A stretch of DNA of 40,517 nucleotides from an uncultured Acidobacteriota bacterium. GTDB taxonomy: Bacteria; Acidobacteriota; HRBIN11. The first letter of the stretch is position 1, and the number at the start of each line of letters is the position of its first letter. Positions 13,793 through 23,081 of the stretch are shown here, one piece after another. Location: the NCBI GenBank assembly GCA_964541595.1, contig CAZIRO010000004.1, positions 1-40,517 on the forward strand. The letters run 5' to 3'. The notes under the pieces were generated by a model. It was given only the letters and a program-made list of their open reading frames with translations, made no database searches and had not been told where the DNA came from. The position numbers were made by a program, and so were the translations under genes.

Positions 13793-14145
13793 CTGAAGCG
13801 AAAACGGGGGCACCTCCGGCAGGCGCGCCCACACACGCCCGGGTGGTCGCCGGTGATCACACGGCAGAGGAACTCATGCGCCTGCAACCGGACGTCGTGG
13901 TGGACGCGATGGGATTACTCTGTCCGCTCCCGATCGCGCGTCTGGGCGAAGCCGTCCGGCGGGCCGCAGCAAACACGGTACTCCTGCTGATCAACGACGA
14001 CCCGGCCGTTGTCCTGGACGTGATCGCATGGTGTAAGAGCACCCGTAACGAGCTGCTCGGCATTCTGAAAGACGAGCGGAATGCATTTTTCTGCTATATC
14101 CGGAAGACCGCCGGGGGTGTTGAAAAGCCCCATCGAGAGACTTAA
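13789..14145 (+). CDS. TusA/SirA-family sulfur carrier protein
   Basis: DAMGLLCPLP and DDP motifs; ATGA overlap with the upstream gene's full-length stop. Confidence 0.8.
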   Translation: MTEAKTGAPPAGAPTHARVVAGDHTAEELMRLQPDVVVDAMGLLCPLPIARLGEAVRRAAANTVLLLINDDPAVVLDVIAWCKSTRNELLGILKDERNAFFCYIRKTAGGVEKPHRET

Positions 14146-14211
14146 ATTAACCTCGACCAGGCCGGGGACCACACGCTACTTGCCTTTGCATATGTCCGAA
14201 CCTGCAGGGAA

Positions 14212-14280
14212 CAGGTGCTGCTTCAGCCGTGGGGATATCTCGCAGTGTGGGGTTGACCACCACGACTGAAGCCGCACCTG
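14212..14280. other. Long imperfect stem-loop upstream of mgtE
   Basis: CAGGTGCTGCTTCAGCCGTGG (14212-14232) pairs with CCACGACTGAAGCCGCACCTG (14260-14280), 2 mismatches. Confidence 0.65.
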
Positions 14281-14361
14281 AACCACACAGTCCCGTATAT
14301 CCAGCACCTCCTCGTCCGGTGGTCACCGTGTGCCCCGGCAGTCAACTTCCGCGCATCGAGG

Positions 14362-15735
14362 ATGCCGATGGTCACCGTGCTGCAGGAACGGGTGGACGAT
14401 ATCCGCGTGCTCCTCGAACGCCGTGATTTCCGGACTCTGAAAGCGCGCGTCCGGGGACTGCACCCCTCCGACATCCTGGACATCCTGCGTGAACTCCCCG
14501 CGGAATTCCGTGCCGTGCTGTTCCGACTGCTACCCAAGGATCAGGCCGCGGACGTGTTCGCTGAAATGGAAACGGATGAACGGCAGGCGCTGCTGAACGA
14601 ACTCACGGATGAAACGGTCGCCGAAATCCTGGAAGAAATGGCCCCGGACGACCGTACGGAACTGCTCGAAGAAATGCCCGCATCCGTGGTCGCCCGCCTG
14701 GTTCGTCTGTTGACCCCTGAGGACCGTCGGGAAGCCGTGACCCTGCTGAACTACCCGCCGGATTCGGCCGGTCGGATCATGACACCGGATTATATGGCCG
14801 TCCGGCCCCATTTGCGGGCACAGCAGGTCCTCGATCTCATCCGGCGTACGGAGTTCGACAAGGAAACCATTTACTACATCTACGTGATCGATGAGTGGCG
14901 GCATCTGGTCGGTGTGTTTTCACTTCGGGAACTGCTGCTCGCGGAACCTTCCGAACGGGTGGAGCAGTTCATGCATCGCAACGTCATCGCCGTCCGGACG
15001 ACAGATGACCAGGAGAGCGTCGTGCTTCTGATGAAACGGTACGACCTGCTCGCCATGCCCGTGGTCGACAGTGAAGACCGGCTGGTCGGCATCGTGACGA
15101 TCGACGACGCCATGGACGTCCTGGAAGAGGAGGCCACGGAAGACATTCAGAAAATGGCGTCCATGGGCCCCCTGGAGGAATCCTACTTTCACACGCGCCT
15201 GTGGACCATCGTACGCAAACGGATCGGCTGGCTGACGGCCCTGCTTATCGCCGAAAACGTGACCAGCCGGGTGATGCACGAGTATGCGTATCTGCTGGAA
15301 CAGTTTCTGGTGCTCGCTTTTTTTATCCCGGTGATCATGGGCGCAGCGGGAAACGTCGGCACGCAATCGTCCACCCTGGTCATCCGGGGATTGGCCGTGG
15401 GGGAAATTCACCCGCGCCAGTGGTGGCGGGTACTCCTGCGGGAATTGAGCTCGGGTGCCCTGATCGGCCTGGCACTGGCGCTGCTCATGGCCGTACGCAT
15501 CCTCTGGATGGGGGAAACCTGGGTGACGGCCGTTGCCATCGGTGTGGCACTCTGGGCCGTGGTGACCATTGCCGGCTCCATCGGCGCCACACTGCCCATC
15601 CTCGGCCGGCTGATGCGCGTGGACCCGGCCGTTATGGCCGGCCCGCTTGTGACCACCATTATGGACGTGCTCAGCCTGAGTCTCTATTTCCTGACCGCCC
15701 AGTACTTTTTCACCCTGTGGATACGTGGCCCCTGA
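14362..15735 (+). CDS. mgtE: Magnesium transporter MgtE
   Basis: MgtE N-domain, tandem CBS domains (YPPDSAGRIMT), GNVGTQS, DPAVMAGPLVTTIMD. Confidence 0.95.
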   Translation: MPMVTVLQERVDDIRVLLERRDFRTLKARVRGLHPSDILDILRELPAEFRAVLFRLLPKDQAADVFAEMETDERQALLNELTDETVAEILEEMAPDDRTELLEEMPASVVARLVRLLTPEDRREAVTLLNYPPDSAGRIMTPDYMAVRPHLRAQQVLDLIRRTEFDKETIYYIYVIDEWRHLVGVFSLRELLLAEPSERVEQFMHRNVIAVRTTDDQESVVLLMKRYDLLAMPVVDSEDRLVGIVTIDDAMDVLEEEATEDIQKMASMGPLEESYFHTRLWTIVRKRIGWLTALLIAENVTSRVMHEYAYLLEQFLVLAFFIPVIMGAAGNVGTQSSTLVIRGLAVGEIHPRQWWRVLLRELSSGALIGLALALLMAVRILWMGETWVTAVAIGVALWAVVTIAGSIGATLPILGRLMRVDPAVMAGPLVTTIMDVLSLSLYFLTAQYFFTLWIRGP

Positions 15736-15751
15736 ACGATGCATTTCCCGG

Positions 15752-15806
15752 GTGACGTGAAGGGACGAGGGTCTGGATGCATGACGTCATTTCACGTCAC
15801 TTTTCC
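15752..15806. repeat. Inverted repeat between convergent mgtE and pheS; related to 27335-27427
   Basis: GTGACGTGAA...TTCACGTCAC followed by TTTT. Confidence 0.5.
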
Positions 15807-15837
15807 GATCCTTCCTCCTCTGCCCGCTCCTTTACCA

Positions 15838-16941
15838 TCACCGCGAAGTGGATGCACACGCCCCATCCAGGTCGTCAGAGCGGCCGTAAAACCAGGCCAT
15901 GGAGGGAAATTGACACAGGAAACGGACGTCCCCCTGAAGGAACAGCCGGATATCCGGGATACGAAACATCAGCATGGCCAGACGTTCCAGACCGAGCCCG
16001 AAGGCAAACCCGGTGTACACCTCCGGATCGATGCGGCACTCACGCAACACGTTGGGATGGACCATCCCGGCGCCCAGGATTTCGAGCCAGCCGGACTGTT
16101 TGCATGCGCTGCACCCCCTGCCGTCACACAACAGACAGGTCATGTCCACCTCGGCGCTCGGTTCCGTAAAGGGAAAATAACTCGGGCGAAAACGCATACG
16201 ACACCGCGGTCCGAACAGTCGTCGCAGGAAATACTGTAACGTGCCCCGCAGATCGGAAAAACGAATGCCCCGGTCGACAACGAGACCCTCGATCTGATGA
16301 AATACGGGAGCATGCGACGCGTCCGGATCGTCGTGTCGATACACCTTACCGGGAACGATCACCCGGATCGGCGGCCGATACCGTTGCATGACGCGGATCT
16401 GCACCGGTGACGTATGCGTGCGCAGGAGCCAGCCGCCTTCCAGATAAAACGTGTCCTGCATGTCGCGGGCCGGATGGTCGGGAGGGAAGTTGAGCGCAGC
16501 AAAGTTGTAATAGTCCGTCTCGATTTCAGGTCCATCCGCAACCGCATACCCCATTTCCCGGAAGATGTCCTCGATCGCCTGACGGATCTGTTGCACAGGA
16601 TGGACAGTACCGACCGGAAAGACACGCCCGGGCAATGTCACGTCGATCTTTTCACGTTCGATCTGCCGCAGTTGTGCCTGCTCCCGCAGGATGCGCCGCC
16701 GTTTTTCGATCTCCTCCGCAATCCACCGTTTCAGATCGTTAAACAGCCGTCCGGCCTGCGGACGCACCTCTGCAGGCAACGTGCCCATCTGCCGGGACAA
16801 CGTGCGCAACAACCCCTGCTGTCGACCAAAACAGCGCACGTGCAGCGCCTGCAGATCGGCTTCCGTCCGGGTACGTGCAAGATCAGATGCAATTGTATCA
16901 CGGATACGTTCGATCTCGTGCTGGAATCGGGCCCAGTCCAT
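15838..16941 (-). CDS. pheS: Phenylalanine--tRNA ligase alpha subunit
   Basis: HPARDMQDTF, LRTHTSPVQ, RPSYFPFTEPS, GFAFGLGLERL. Confidence 0.97.
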   Translation of the reverse strand: MDWARFQHEIERIRDTIASDLARTRTEADLQALHVRCFGRQQGLLRTLSRQMGTLPAEVRPQAGRLFNDLKRWIAEEIEKRRRILREQAQLRQIEREKIDVTLPGRVFPVGTVHPVQQIRQAIEDIFREMGYAVADGPEIETDYYNFAALNFPPDHPARDMQDTFYLEGGWLLRTHTSPVQIRVMQRYRPPIRVIVPGKVYRHDDPDASHAPVFHQIEGLVVDRGIRFSDLRGTLQYFLRRLFGPRCRMRFRPSYFPFTEPSAEVDMTCLLCDGRGCSACKQSGWLEILGAGMVHPNVLRECRIDPEVYTGFAFGLGLERLAMLMFRIPDIRLFLQGDVRFLCQFPSMAWFYGRSDDLDGACASTSR

Positions 16942-16958
16942 CTTTCATCCCGCAGCCG

Positions 16959-17330
16959 TTATGCCACCCGGGCAGACTGTACCGCCGCACGGGCAGCGGC
17001 CACAATCGCGGCAAATGCATCCGGATCACGAACGGCCAGATGGGCAAGCATCTTGCGGTTCACGTCGATACCGGCCTTGCGCAATGCGCCCATGAACTGA
17101 CTGTAGTTCCAGCCATGCTGGCGGACCGCCGCATTGATGCGCATCTGCCAGAGACGCCGCATCTGCCGTTTCCGCAAACGCCGGCCCTCGTATGCGTGCA
17201 ACCAGCTGCGCATGACGGCGATGCGCATCATGTGATAACAGTTCTTGCGCTTACCCCAGAAACCCTTCGTATACTTCGCCATCTTTTTCCGTTTATACCG
17301 CCGTTTGGCACCACGTTTGACACGTGCCAT
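16959..17330 (-). CDS. rplT: 50S ribosomal protein L20
   Basis: MARVKRG, RRLWQMRINAA, NRKMLAHLA. Confidence 0.97.
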   Translation of the reverse strand: MARVKRGAKRRYKRKKMAKYTKGFWGKRKNCYHMMRIAVMRSWLHAYEGRRLRKRQMRRLWQMRINAAVRQHGWNYSQFMGALRKAGIDVNRKMLAHLAVRDPDAFAAIVAAARAAVQSARVA

Positions 17331-17367
17331 CGTTCATCTCCCGCTTCAGTTTATCCAATCCCACTCC

Positions 17368-17571
17368 CTAACCCGAACCGTACGGCAGCATGCGCCGCAC
17401 GTGCCGGGCATCGCCCGATTGCAGGATCGCCGGATGACGCAGGTAGCGTTTTTTCCGTGCGGATTTTTTCCGCAGCAGGTGACTGCGGGTGGCACGAAAG
17501 TGCATAACCTTACGGCGCCGTGTGATCCGAAACCGTTTGGCGGCTGCGCGTTTGGTCTTCAGTTTGGGCAC
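17368..17571 (-). CDS. rpmI: 50S ribosomal protein L35
   Basis: MPKLKTKRAAAKRF, SHLL, between infC and rplT. Confidence 0.95.
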   Translation of the reverse strand: MPKLKTKRAAAKRFRITRRRKVMHFRATRSHLLRKKSARKKRYLRHPAILQSGDARHVRRMLPYGSG

Positions 17572-17628
17572 GATACCCTCTCCCGGCCGCAGTGAATGTA
17601 CGGCAGAACCGTATCATCCGGGACGCGT

Positions 17629-18153
17629 TTACCGTCGCGGACGGATCAGGGCAGTGATATTCGGGCCCTCTGCCGTCGGTTCCCGCTCCACAATGGCCAT
17701 ATCCTGAAACTGTGCAATAATCCGACCCAGCATCGCATATCCGATATCCCGGTGCGCTTTTTCACGTCCCTTCAGACGCAGGGTAATCTTGACCTTGTCG
17801 CCATCCCTGAGAAATCGCTCGATCTGCCGGAGCTTCACCTCTAAATCGTTCTGAGAAATGCGCATGGACACCTTTACCTCTTTAAGTTCTCCGGAGCGGT
17901 GCCGTTTCCGCGCTTCGCGTTCTTTCTTTTTCCGCTGATACAACCACTGCTTGTAGTTGAGTAAACGACATACCGGAGGTCGCGCCTGCGGCGCGACTTC
18001 CACGAGGTCCAGCCCCCGGTCTTCCGCAATCTGGAGTGCCTCTCGCAGGGGAAGAATGCCGATCTGTTGTCCGTTTTCGTCGATCAATCGGACTTCCCGC
18101 GCGCGGATCTGGCGATTCACACGATATTGTTCTGCCACACTCCTGCCCTGCAA
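17629..18153 (-). CDS. infC: Translation initiation factor IF-3
   Basis: NRQIRAREVRLID, LDLVEVAP, PPVCR, GDKVK, GRE; start is TTG 18153 or GTG 18138. Confidence 0.93.
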   Translation of the reverse strand: MQGRSVAEQYRVNRQIRAREVRLIDENGQQIGILPLREALQIAEDRGLDLVEVAPQARPPVCRLLNYKQWLYQRKKKEREARKRHRSGELKEVKVSMRISQNDLEVKLRQIERFLRDGDKVKITLRLKGREKAHRDIGYAMLGRIIAQFQDMAIVEREPTAEGPNITALIRPRR

Positions 18154-18178
18154 ATATTGGTCCTGGGAAAGTGACAAG

Positions 18179-18207
18179 ATATTAATCCAGCGTGTCCGCG
18201 GTGTCAA
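18179..18207 (-). promoter_or_regulatory. Predicted sigma70 promoter of infC-rpmI-rplT-pheS
   Basis: TTGACA-17 nt-TAATAT. Confidence 0.6.
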
Positions 18208-18220
18208 GCGGTCCCCCTTT

Positions 18221-18340
18221 TTGGGATCGGGACAGGCAATGGGACATGGAACGGTCCAGGTCGGCAACGGGTTATCGATTTTGCCATGCATGGCATTCCC
18301 CGCTCCCGGACACCTGGAACCTGGGACCAGATACCTGTCC
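18221..18340. mobile_element. Partial or degenerate MITE-like element
   Basis: TTGGGATCGGGACAGGCAATGGGACA TIR and reverse heptamers GGACACC TGGAACC TGGGACC AGATACC; right TIR not recognisable. Confidence 0.6.
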
Positions 18341-18476
18341 ACTGCTCAACTCATCACTTTATTGTACTACTCCCATCGTATATCGCGATCATTTATTATA
18401 TTCAATATATATATAGTATTTTCATCACAATTTTGAACAGGCGTTGATGGATAAACTGAAACGAAAATGATTTTAC

Positions 18477-18505
18477 TTGATTTACTAAGAAGATCATGGC
18501 ATAAT
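18477..18505 (+). promoter_or_regulatory. Predicted sigma70 promoter in an AT-rich tract upstream of the AmiS/UreI gene
   Basis: TTGATT-17 nt-CATAAT with TG extension. Confidence 0.5.
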
Positions 18506-18618
18506 GGTAATACGTGCGGATAGGTCCGGAAATGGCAGGACGCGGCGTGCACTCTTGGCCTTTCAACGGCTCGGGTTTTAACCAACCGTAAACCCTACCC
18601 GTATGATGGAGGCAGGGG

Positions 18619-19155
18619 ATGCTACCCATTACGATCATTTTCTTTCTGACCGGGCTCGCTGTATGGGCCATCGGTCTGTATTTCGTGGGTTTTGGCGCGG
18701 AACCGCAGGCGGAAGGACCGAATCCGCTTGTCAGCGTGGGCTGGATCAGTCTTATCGCCGGTCTGTCCGACTTCGTTCAGGCGTTTTACATCATGGCGGC
18801 CCGTCCGGAACCGCTCGGCGCAAATGGAGGGGTGCTCATCAGTGGACTGGTCATTTTCTACGCCGCGTTCTTCACCCTGTTCGGCATCACTGCGATCAAG
18901 GGACTGGACCTGCGGGTGATCGGTAACATTGCACTCCCCGTGGCGATCGTGCCGCTGTTTTACTGGAAGGTCTTTGCCGGAGGCTGGATGTTTCGTTCGA
19001 TCCTCATCGTGTGGTTGATCGCCTTCCTGGCCGTGTGGCTGACGACGTATGGAAAATTCAGCGCGAAACTGCTCGGCTGGATCCTGGTGTTCACCGCGAT
19101 CTACACGTTCTGGATCCCGCCCATCCTGCTGGTGCTGGGTGCCTCCATTCCGTAG
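18619..19155 (+). CDS. AmiS/UreI-family amide/urea channel-like membrane protein
   Basis: 178 aa, about 6 TM helices, GLDLRVIG and TFWIP resembling AmiS/UreI motifs; GGAGG RBS. Confidence 0.65.
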   Translation: MLPITIIFFLTGLAVWAIGLYFVGFGAEPQAEGPNPLVSVGWISLIAGLSDFVQAFYIMAARPEPLGANGGVLISGLVIFYAAFFTLFGITAIKGLDLRVIGNIALPVAIVPLFYWKVFAGGWMFRSILIVWLIAFLAVWLTTYGKFSAKLLGWILVFTAIYTFWIPPILLVLGASIP

Positions 19156-19208
19156 TCCGTAGGGGGAAAGGCAACTGCACCTGCAGGTGCGGAGTGAGGC
19201 ATCCCTGT

Positions 19209-19245
19209 GGGTCCCACCGGATATATCCGTTCTACGGTGGGACCC
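19209..19245. terminator. Stem-loop between convergent AmiS-like gene and tRNA-Val
   Basis: GGGTCCCACCG...CGGTGGGACCC perfect 11-bp stem; no U-tract. Confidence 0.4.
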
Positions 19246-19287
19246 CGCGGATACCCCACGTTCATTCCGATACCCGTTGGGGACCAA

Positions 19288-19362
19288 TGGTGGGCGGTGC
19301 AGGATTTGAACCTGCGACCTTCGGCTTGTAAGGCCAACGCTCTACCCCTGAGCTAACCGCCC
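19288..19362 (-). tRNA. tRNA-Val (anticodon TAC)
   Basis: GGGCGGTTAGCTCAG...TTGGC CT TAC AA GCCGA...GGTTCAAATCC...CCA. Confidence 0.95.
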
Positions 19363-19396
19363 GATGAAGCCTTGACACAACGTGCGGGGATAGACC

Positions 19397-19984
19397 TTAC
19401 GGTTCCATTTCGGCGAATTCGTCCACCGGTGTGACAATTACCATCAGTACGGTATTGCCCACGCGAAATTCGGCTTGATTTTGCAGATATGCGACCTGAA
19501 CCGGTTTTTCATCCACATACGTTCCGTTGGTACTGTTCATATCCCGCAGCACGATCTGATCTCGATACACCTCGATGACCGCATGCAGCCGGGATGCCTC
19601 CAGGTCCTGGATGACGATGTCCGCATCTTTGCGCCCGATCGTAACCCGCGGTTTGGTGATGGGGAAGATCTTGCCCTCTTCTTCCCCGCGGATGACCGCC
19701 AGGGATATGCGCCGATCGTTCGGCATCTCGAGTTCACGTCCCAGACTCCCGCCCACCAGGGTAGATTCATCCGCATCGTCAGTCGGTGAGGTCGCGCCGG
19801 ATGCTTCCCGCTTATAGGGATTGGGAGATACGACCACTGTGGGAACCTTCCCCGCCAGTTGAGGGTTCTTCACGGAAAATACGGTTTCACATGCGGGACA
19901 CTGAAATTTCACCATGACACGATTGCGGAGTTTGGCTTCATCATAGCGGTATTTCTTTCGACAGGTGGGACATTGAACGATCAT
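19397..19984 (-). CDS. Zinc-ribbon (MJ0042-like) plus FHA domain protein
   Basis: CPTC...CPAC N-terminus; [19 protein letters not shown] motifs; GAGGTG RBS. Confidence 0.88.
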   Translation of the reverse strand: MIVQCPTCRKKYRYDEAKLRNRVMVKFQCPACETVFSVKNPQLAGKVPTVVVSPNPYKREASGATSPTDDADESTLVGGSLGRELEMPNDRRISLAVIRGEEEGKIFPITKPRVTIGRKDADIVIQDLEASRLHAVIEVYRDQIVLRDMNSTNGTYVDEKPVQVAYLQNQAEFRVGNTVLMVIVTPVDEFAEMEP

Positions 19985-20045
19985 GCTCACCTCAAAGATG
20001 GGTTGCGCCACTCACCCCAGGCAGCTCGCACCGTTCACCTTCCAC

Positions 20046-20122
20046 TGGTCGGGACGAGAGGATTCGAACCTCCGACCCTGGCGTCCCGAACGCCATGCGC
20101 TACCAAGCTGCGCCACGTCCCG
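20046..20122 (-). tRNA. tRNA-Pro (anticodon CGG)
   Basis: CGGGACGTGGCGCAGCTTGGTAGCGCA TGGCG TT CGG GA CGCCA...GGTTCGAATCC...CCA. Confidence 0.95.
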
Positions 20123-20133
20123 ACCCGAATAAT

Positions 20134-20162
20134 ATATTATCCCGGCATGTACGGAATGGCAA
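20134..20162 (-). promoter_or_regulatory. Predicted sigma70 promoter for tRNA-Pro
   Basis: TTGCCA-17 nt-TAATAT. Confidence 0.6.
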
Positions 20163-20173
20163 CTTATCCCACT

Positions 20174-20358
20174 CTGGAATCGGGACAGGCAACAGGACAG
20201 GGGATGCGCCGGATGCGCGGATGGCCCGGTGGCCACCGGGAACAGGTGTCAGGTCCGGGTGTCGGGGGTCGGATGTCCGGTGTCCGTGCATCCTGGTTGA
20301 CGGGTCATCGCGGGGTCTACTGGGACACACCGTGTCCCATTGCCTGTTCCGATTCCAG
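20174..20358. mobile_element. Complete MITE-like element with a 14-bp imperfect flanking direct repeat
   Basis: TIRs CTGGAATCGGGACAGGCAACAGGACA / TGTCCCATTGCCTGTTCCGATTCCAG; flanks CAACTTATCCCACT (20160-20173) and CAACTTACCCCACC (20359-20372). Confidence 0.8.
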
Positions 20359-20687
20359 CAACTTACCCCACCCGGGATCGGGTCAACCCGAAACCCCTCT
20401 CCTCGGGAATCCGGACGTTGTACTCAATGACGATACACCTCTGTCCCCGATCCCGGACCGCCACCCCCATACATACGCACCGTTCCGGGAACGCAGACGT
20501 GTTCCCGCGGGTGCCCCGCACACGCGACACCCGCACGTCGCACCCGCGCGGAACTCCGTCCCGAACTGTACGGGATTCCGGGCAAATTGCACAGTCCCGC
20601 ACGCTATGGGAGACCGTCAGGTTCGGCATGAAAGTTGTTGACTCCCAGCGAAACGTCCGCGTTTCGAACAGACGGGATGGAGGACCC

Positions 20688-22220
20688 ATGACCATCGTAC
20701 ATTCCGCAACCCTGGTGGGCATTCATGCGCATCCGGTCTCCGTAGAAGTATCCATCCGCAGCGGCAGTTATCCGCGGATGGTCATTGTCGGTCTGCCGGA
20801 CACGGCCGTCAAAGAGAGCAAGGAACGGGTATCGAGTGCGCTCGTGCATCATGCGTTTTTTGTCCCGCATGAGGTCGTGGTCATCAATCTGGCACCCGCG
20901 GATCTGAAAAAAGAGGGCGCCGCATTCGACCTCCCGATCGCTTTGGGCATCCTTGCCGCCGCCGATCTGATCCCGCAACAGGCCTTTGACCGCACGGTCA
21001 TCCTCGGTGAACTCTCTCTCGTGGGAGAAGTTCGTCCATTGCGCGGTATCCTGTCCATCGCGCTGGACATGTACACGGCCGGATTTCGTCGACTGCTCGT
21101 TCCGGCCGCAAACGCGCGAGAGGCCGCTGTGGTGCGGGGCCTTGAGGTTTACGGGATCGAACATCTGCTCCAGGCGTTTTACTTTTTGCGCGGCGAACAG
21201 GCACTACAACCCGCACCACCGGAGGATACGTCCGCGGATGCACCGACACCGGGTGTCGATTTTGCGGACGTCCGGGGACATGCATACGTGAAACGTGCAC
21301 TGGAAGTCGCAGCGGCCGGGGGACACAACGTACTGCTCATCGGACCGCCGGGGTCCGGCAAGACCATGCTGGCCGAGCGTATGCCTTCGATCCTGCCGCC
21401 GTTGACCGAACTGGAAGCGATTGAAGTCACGCGGATTCACAGCGTCGCCGGTCAACTCAACGGTACGGGACTGATTCGTGTACGACCCTTTCGCGCCCCG
21501 CACCATACCATATCTCCGGCCGGACTCGTCGGCGGGGGATCCCATCCCCGTCCCGGGGAAGTCAGTCTCGCACATCACGGGGTTCTCTTTCTGGATGAAC
21601 TTCCGGAATTTGCCCGCAATTGCCTGGAAGTCCTGCGACAACCGATGGAAACCGGTCGGGTCACGATCGCCCGAGCACATATGAGTGCCACTTTTCCCGC
21701 GCGATTCATGCTGCTTGCGGCCATGAATCCCTGTCCATGCGGATTTTACGGGGACCCGGAACGCGCCTGCCGGTGCACACCGGGACGCATTCGCAGATAC
21801 ATGCACCGACTTTCCGGACCGTTGCTGGATCGCATTGATATCCACATCGAAGTTCCCCGCCTGTCCCCCGAAACCATTGATCATGATCCGGACGGCGAAC
21901 CCTCACACCGCATTCGCGAACGCGTGATCCGCGCCCGACAGATCCAGTACCGACGGTTCTCCGCCGACGCTGCGCCGGTGACCATCAACGCCGCCATGGA
22001 TCCCACGCTGATCATGCAGTACTGCACCATGCGGCCGGAGGCCCGGTCGCTACTCCACGCCGCAGCGCGGCAGTGGCAGCTCTCGGGACGGGCGATCCAT
22101 CGCATTACAAAACTGGCCCGTACGATCGCCGATCTCGAGGCGGCAGATCCGATCGAAGCACGTCACATTGCCGAAGCGATCCAGTACCGGTCCCTTGATC
22201 AGCGCCGGAACCTTCCGTAA
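20688..22220 (+). CDS. comM: YifB/ComM Mg-chelatase-like AAA+ ATPase
   Basis: VGLPDTAVKES, NLAPADLKKEG, GPPGSGKT, PFRAPHHT, AAMNPCPCG, SGPLLDRID; GGAGG RBS. Confidence 0.92.
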   Translation: MTIVHSATLVGIHAHPVSVEVSIRSGSYPRMVIVGLPDTAVKESKERVSSALVHHAFFVPHEVVVINLAPADLKKEGAAFDLPIALGILAAADLIPQQAFDRTVILGELSLVGEVRPLRGILSIALDMYTAGFRRLLVPAANAREAAVVRGLEVYGIEHLLQAFYFLRGEQALQPAPPEDTSADAPTPGVDFADVRGHAYVKRALEVAAAGGHNVLLIGPPGSGKTMLAERMPSILPPLTELEAIEVTRIHSVAGQLNGTGLIRVRPFRAPHHTISPAGLVGGGSHPRPGEVSLAHHGVLFLDELPEFARNCLEVLRQPMETGRVTIARAHMSATFPARFMLLAAMNPCPCGFYGDPERACRCTPGRIRRYMHRLSGPLLDRIDIHIEVPRLSPETIDHDPDGEPSHRIRERVIRARQIQYRRFSADAAPVTINAAMDPTLIMQYCTMRPEARSLLHAAARQWQLSGRAIHRITKLARTIADLEAADPIEARHIAEAIQYRSLDQRRNLP

Positions 22221-22248
22221 CCGTCGCCACTCGATCGGACACACGGGG

Positions 22249-23061
22249 TCATTCGCCGGAGACGTGCAGCACTCCCCCGCGGTGCATCTCCGCATAGAGA
22301 CGCAAATAATTCGTTACCGCCACGGCAACGGCAACGTTCAGACTGTCCATTTCGGCCAGCATGGGGATGTGTGCCCCCGGCAGCAACCGAAAGGGCCGGG
22401 GCAGTGAAGCAGTTTCACCTCCGAAGATCATGACACCGCGTCGGGGCCAGGCAAACTCCCAGACAGGCGTGGACTGACGCGGATGGATGATCATCAGCGG
22501 CATGCCCGTCTGCTGATACCACCGGATGAGATGTGCCGGTGGTACCTCGATCCAGAACGGAATCCGCAGACAGGCGCTCATGCTCGCACGGGTGACTTTT
22601 GGATTATACGGCGACACTGATTTCGGCGACAGGAAGATACCCCGCACGCCCGTTGCCAGTGCCGTACGGAAGATCGTGCCCAGATTCCCGGGATCACGGA
22701 TACGATAAAAATACAGATAAAACCCCTCCGCCGCCGGTGGCCAGGTACGTTGCGGCCGTTGCCGGAATATGGCGAGGAGTCCCGGTGGGGTCTCCACGGT
22801 CGACAATTGCCGCATCTGGGCCGGTGTACATATGCGCACATTGCATGCACGGCGCCCCCGGAGATGTCGCGCCAATGTGTGCCATTCCGGACGGTGGAGC
22901 CACTCGGGCGTGATCACGACGAGCCGGGGCACACTATCGACCGTTGCAAGCGCTTCCCGCACGCCGCGAAATCCTTCAACAACCACAGTGTGATGCACGC
23001 GGAAGCGCTCGATCCACCGGCGCGCACGGCGGAATTCTTCTTCGGTCAACGTGGGATACAT
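22249..23061 (-). CDS. TrmH/SpoU-family RNA methyltransferase
   Basis: DPGNLGTIFRTA, YNPKVTRASM, FGGE, IPM...SLNVAVA; alternative GTG start at 23094. Confidence 0.88.
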   Translation of the reverse strand: MYPTLTEEEFRRARRWIERFRVHHTVVVEGFRGVREALATVDSVPRLVVITPEWLHRPEWHTLARHLRGRRACNVRICTPAQMRQLSTVETPPGLLAIFRQRPQRTWPPAAEGFYLYFYRIRDPGNLGTIFRTALATGVRGIFLSPKSVSPYNPKVTRASMSACLRIPFWIEVPPAHLIRWYQQTGMPLMIIHPRQSTPVWEFAWPRRGVMIFGGETASLPRPFRLLPGAHIPMLAEMDSLNVAVAVAVTNYLRLYAEMHRGGVLHVSGE

Positions 23062-23081
23062 CCGGAGTCTGGACACGCCCT

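Noticed and set aside
14146-14361. Calling the mgtE leader an M-box riboswitch
   Set aside because: No M-box consensus recognised by eye; kept only as an unassigned hairpin
18340-19362. Integrative island at tRNA-Val
   Set aside because: No integrase and no duplicated tRNA 3' end found
20340-20687. N-terminal ORF extensions of comM, and likewise of purB, infC, mglA, nadK and recF
   Set aside because: They run through repeats or neighbouring genes; family homology and RBSs support the downstream starts
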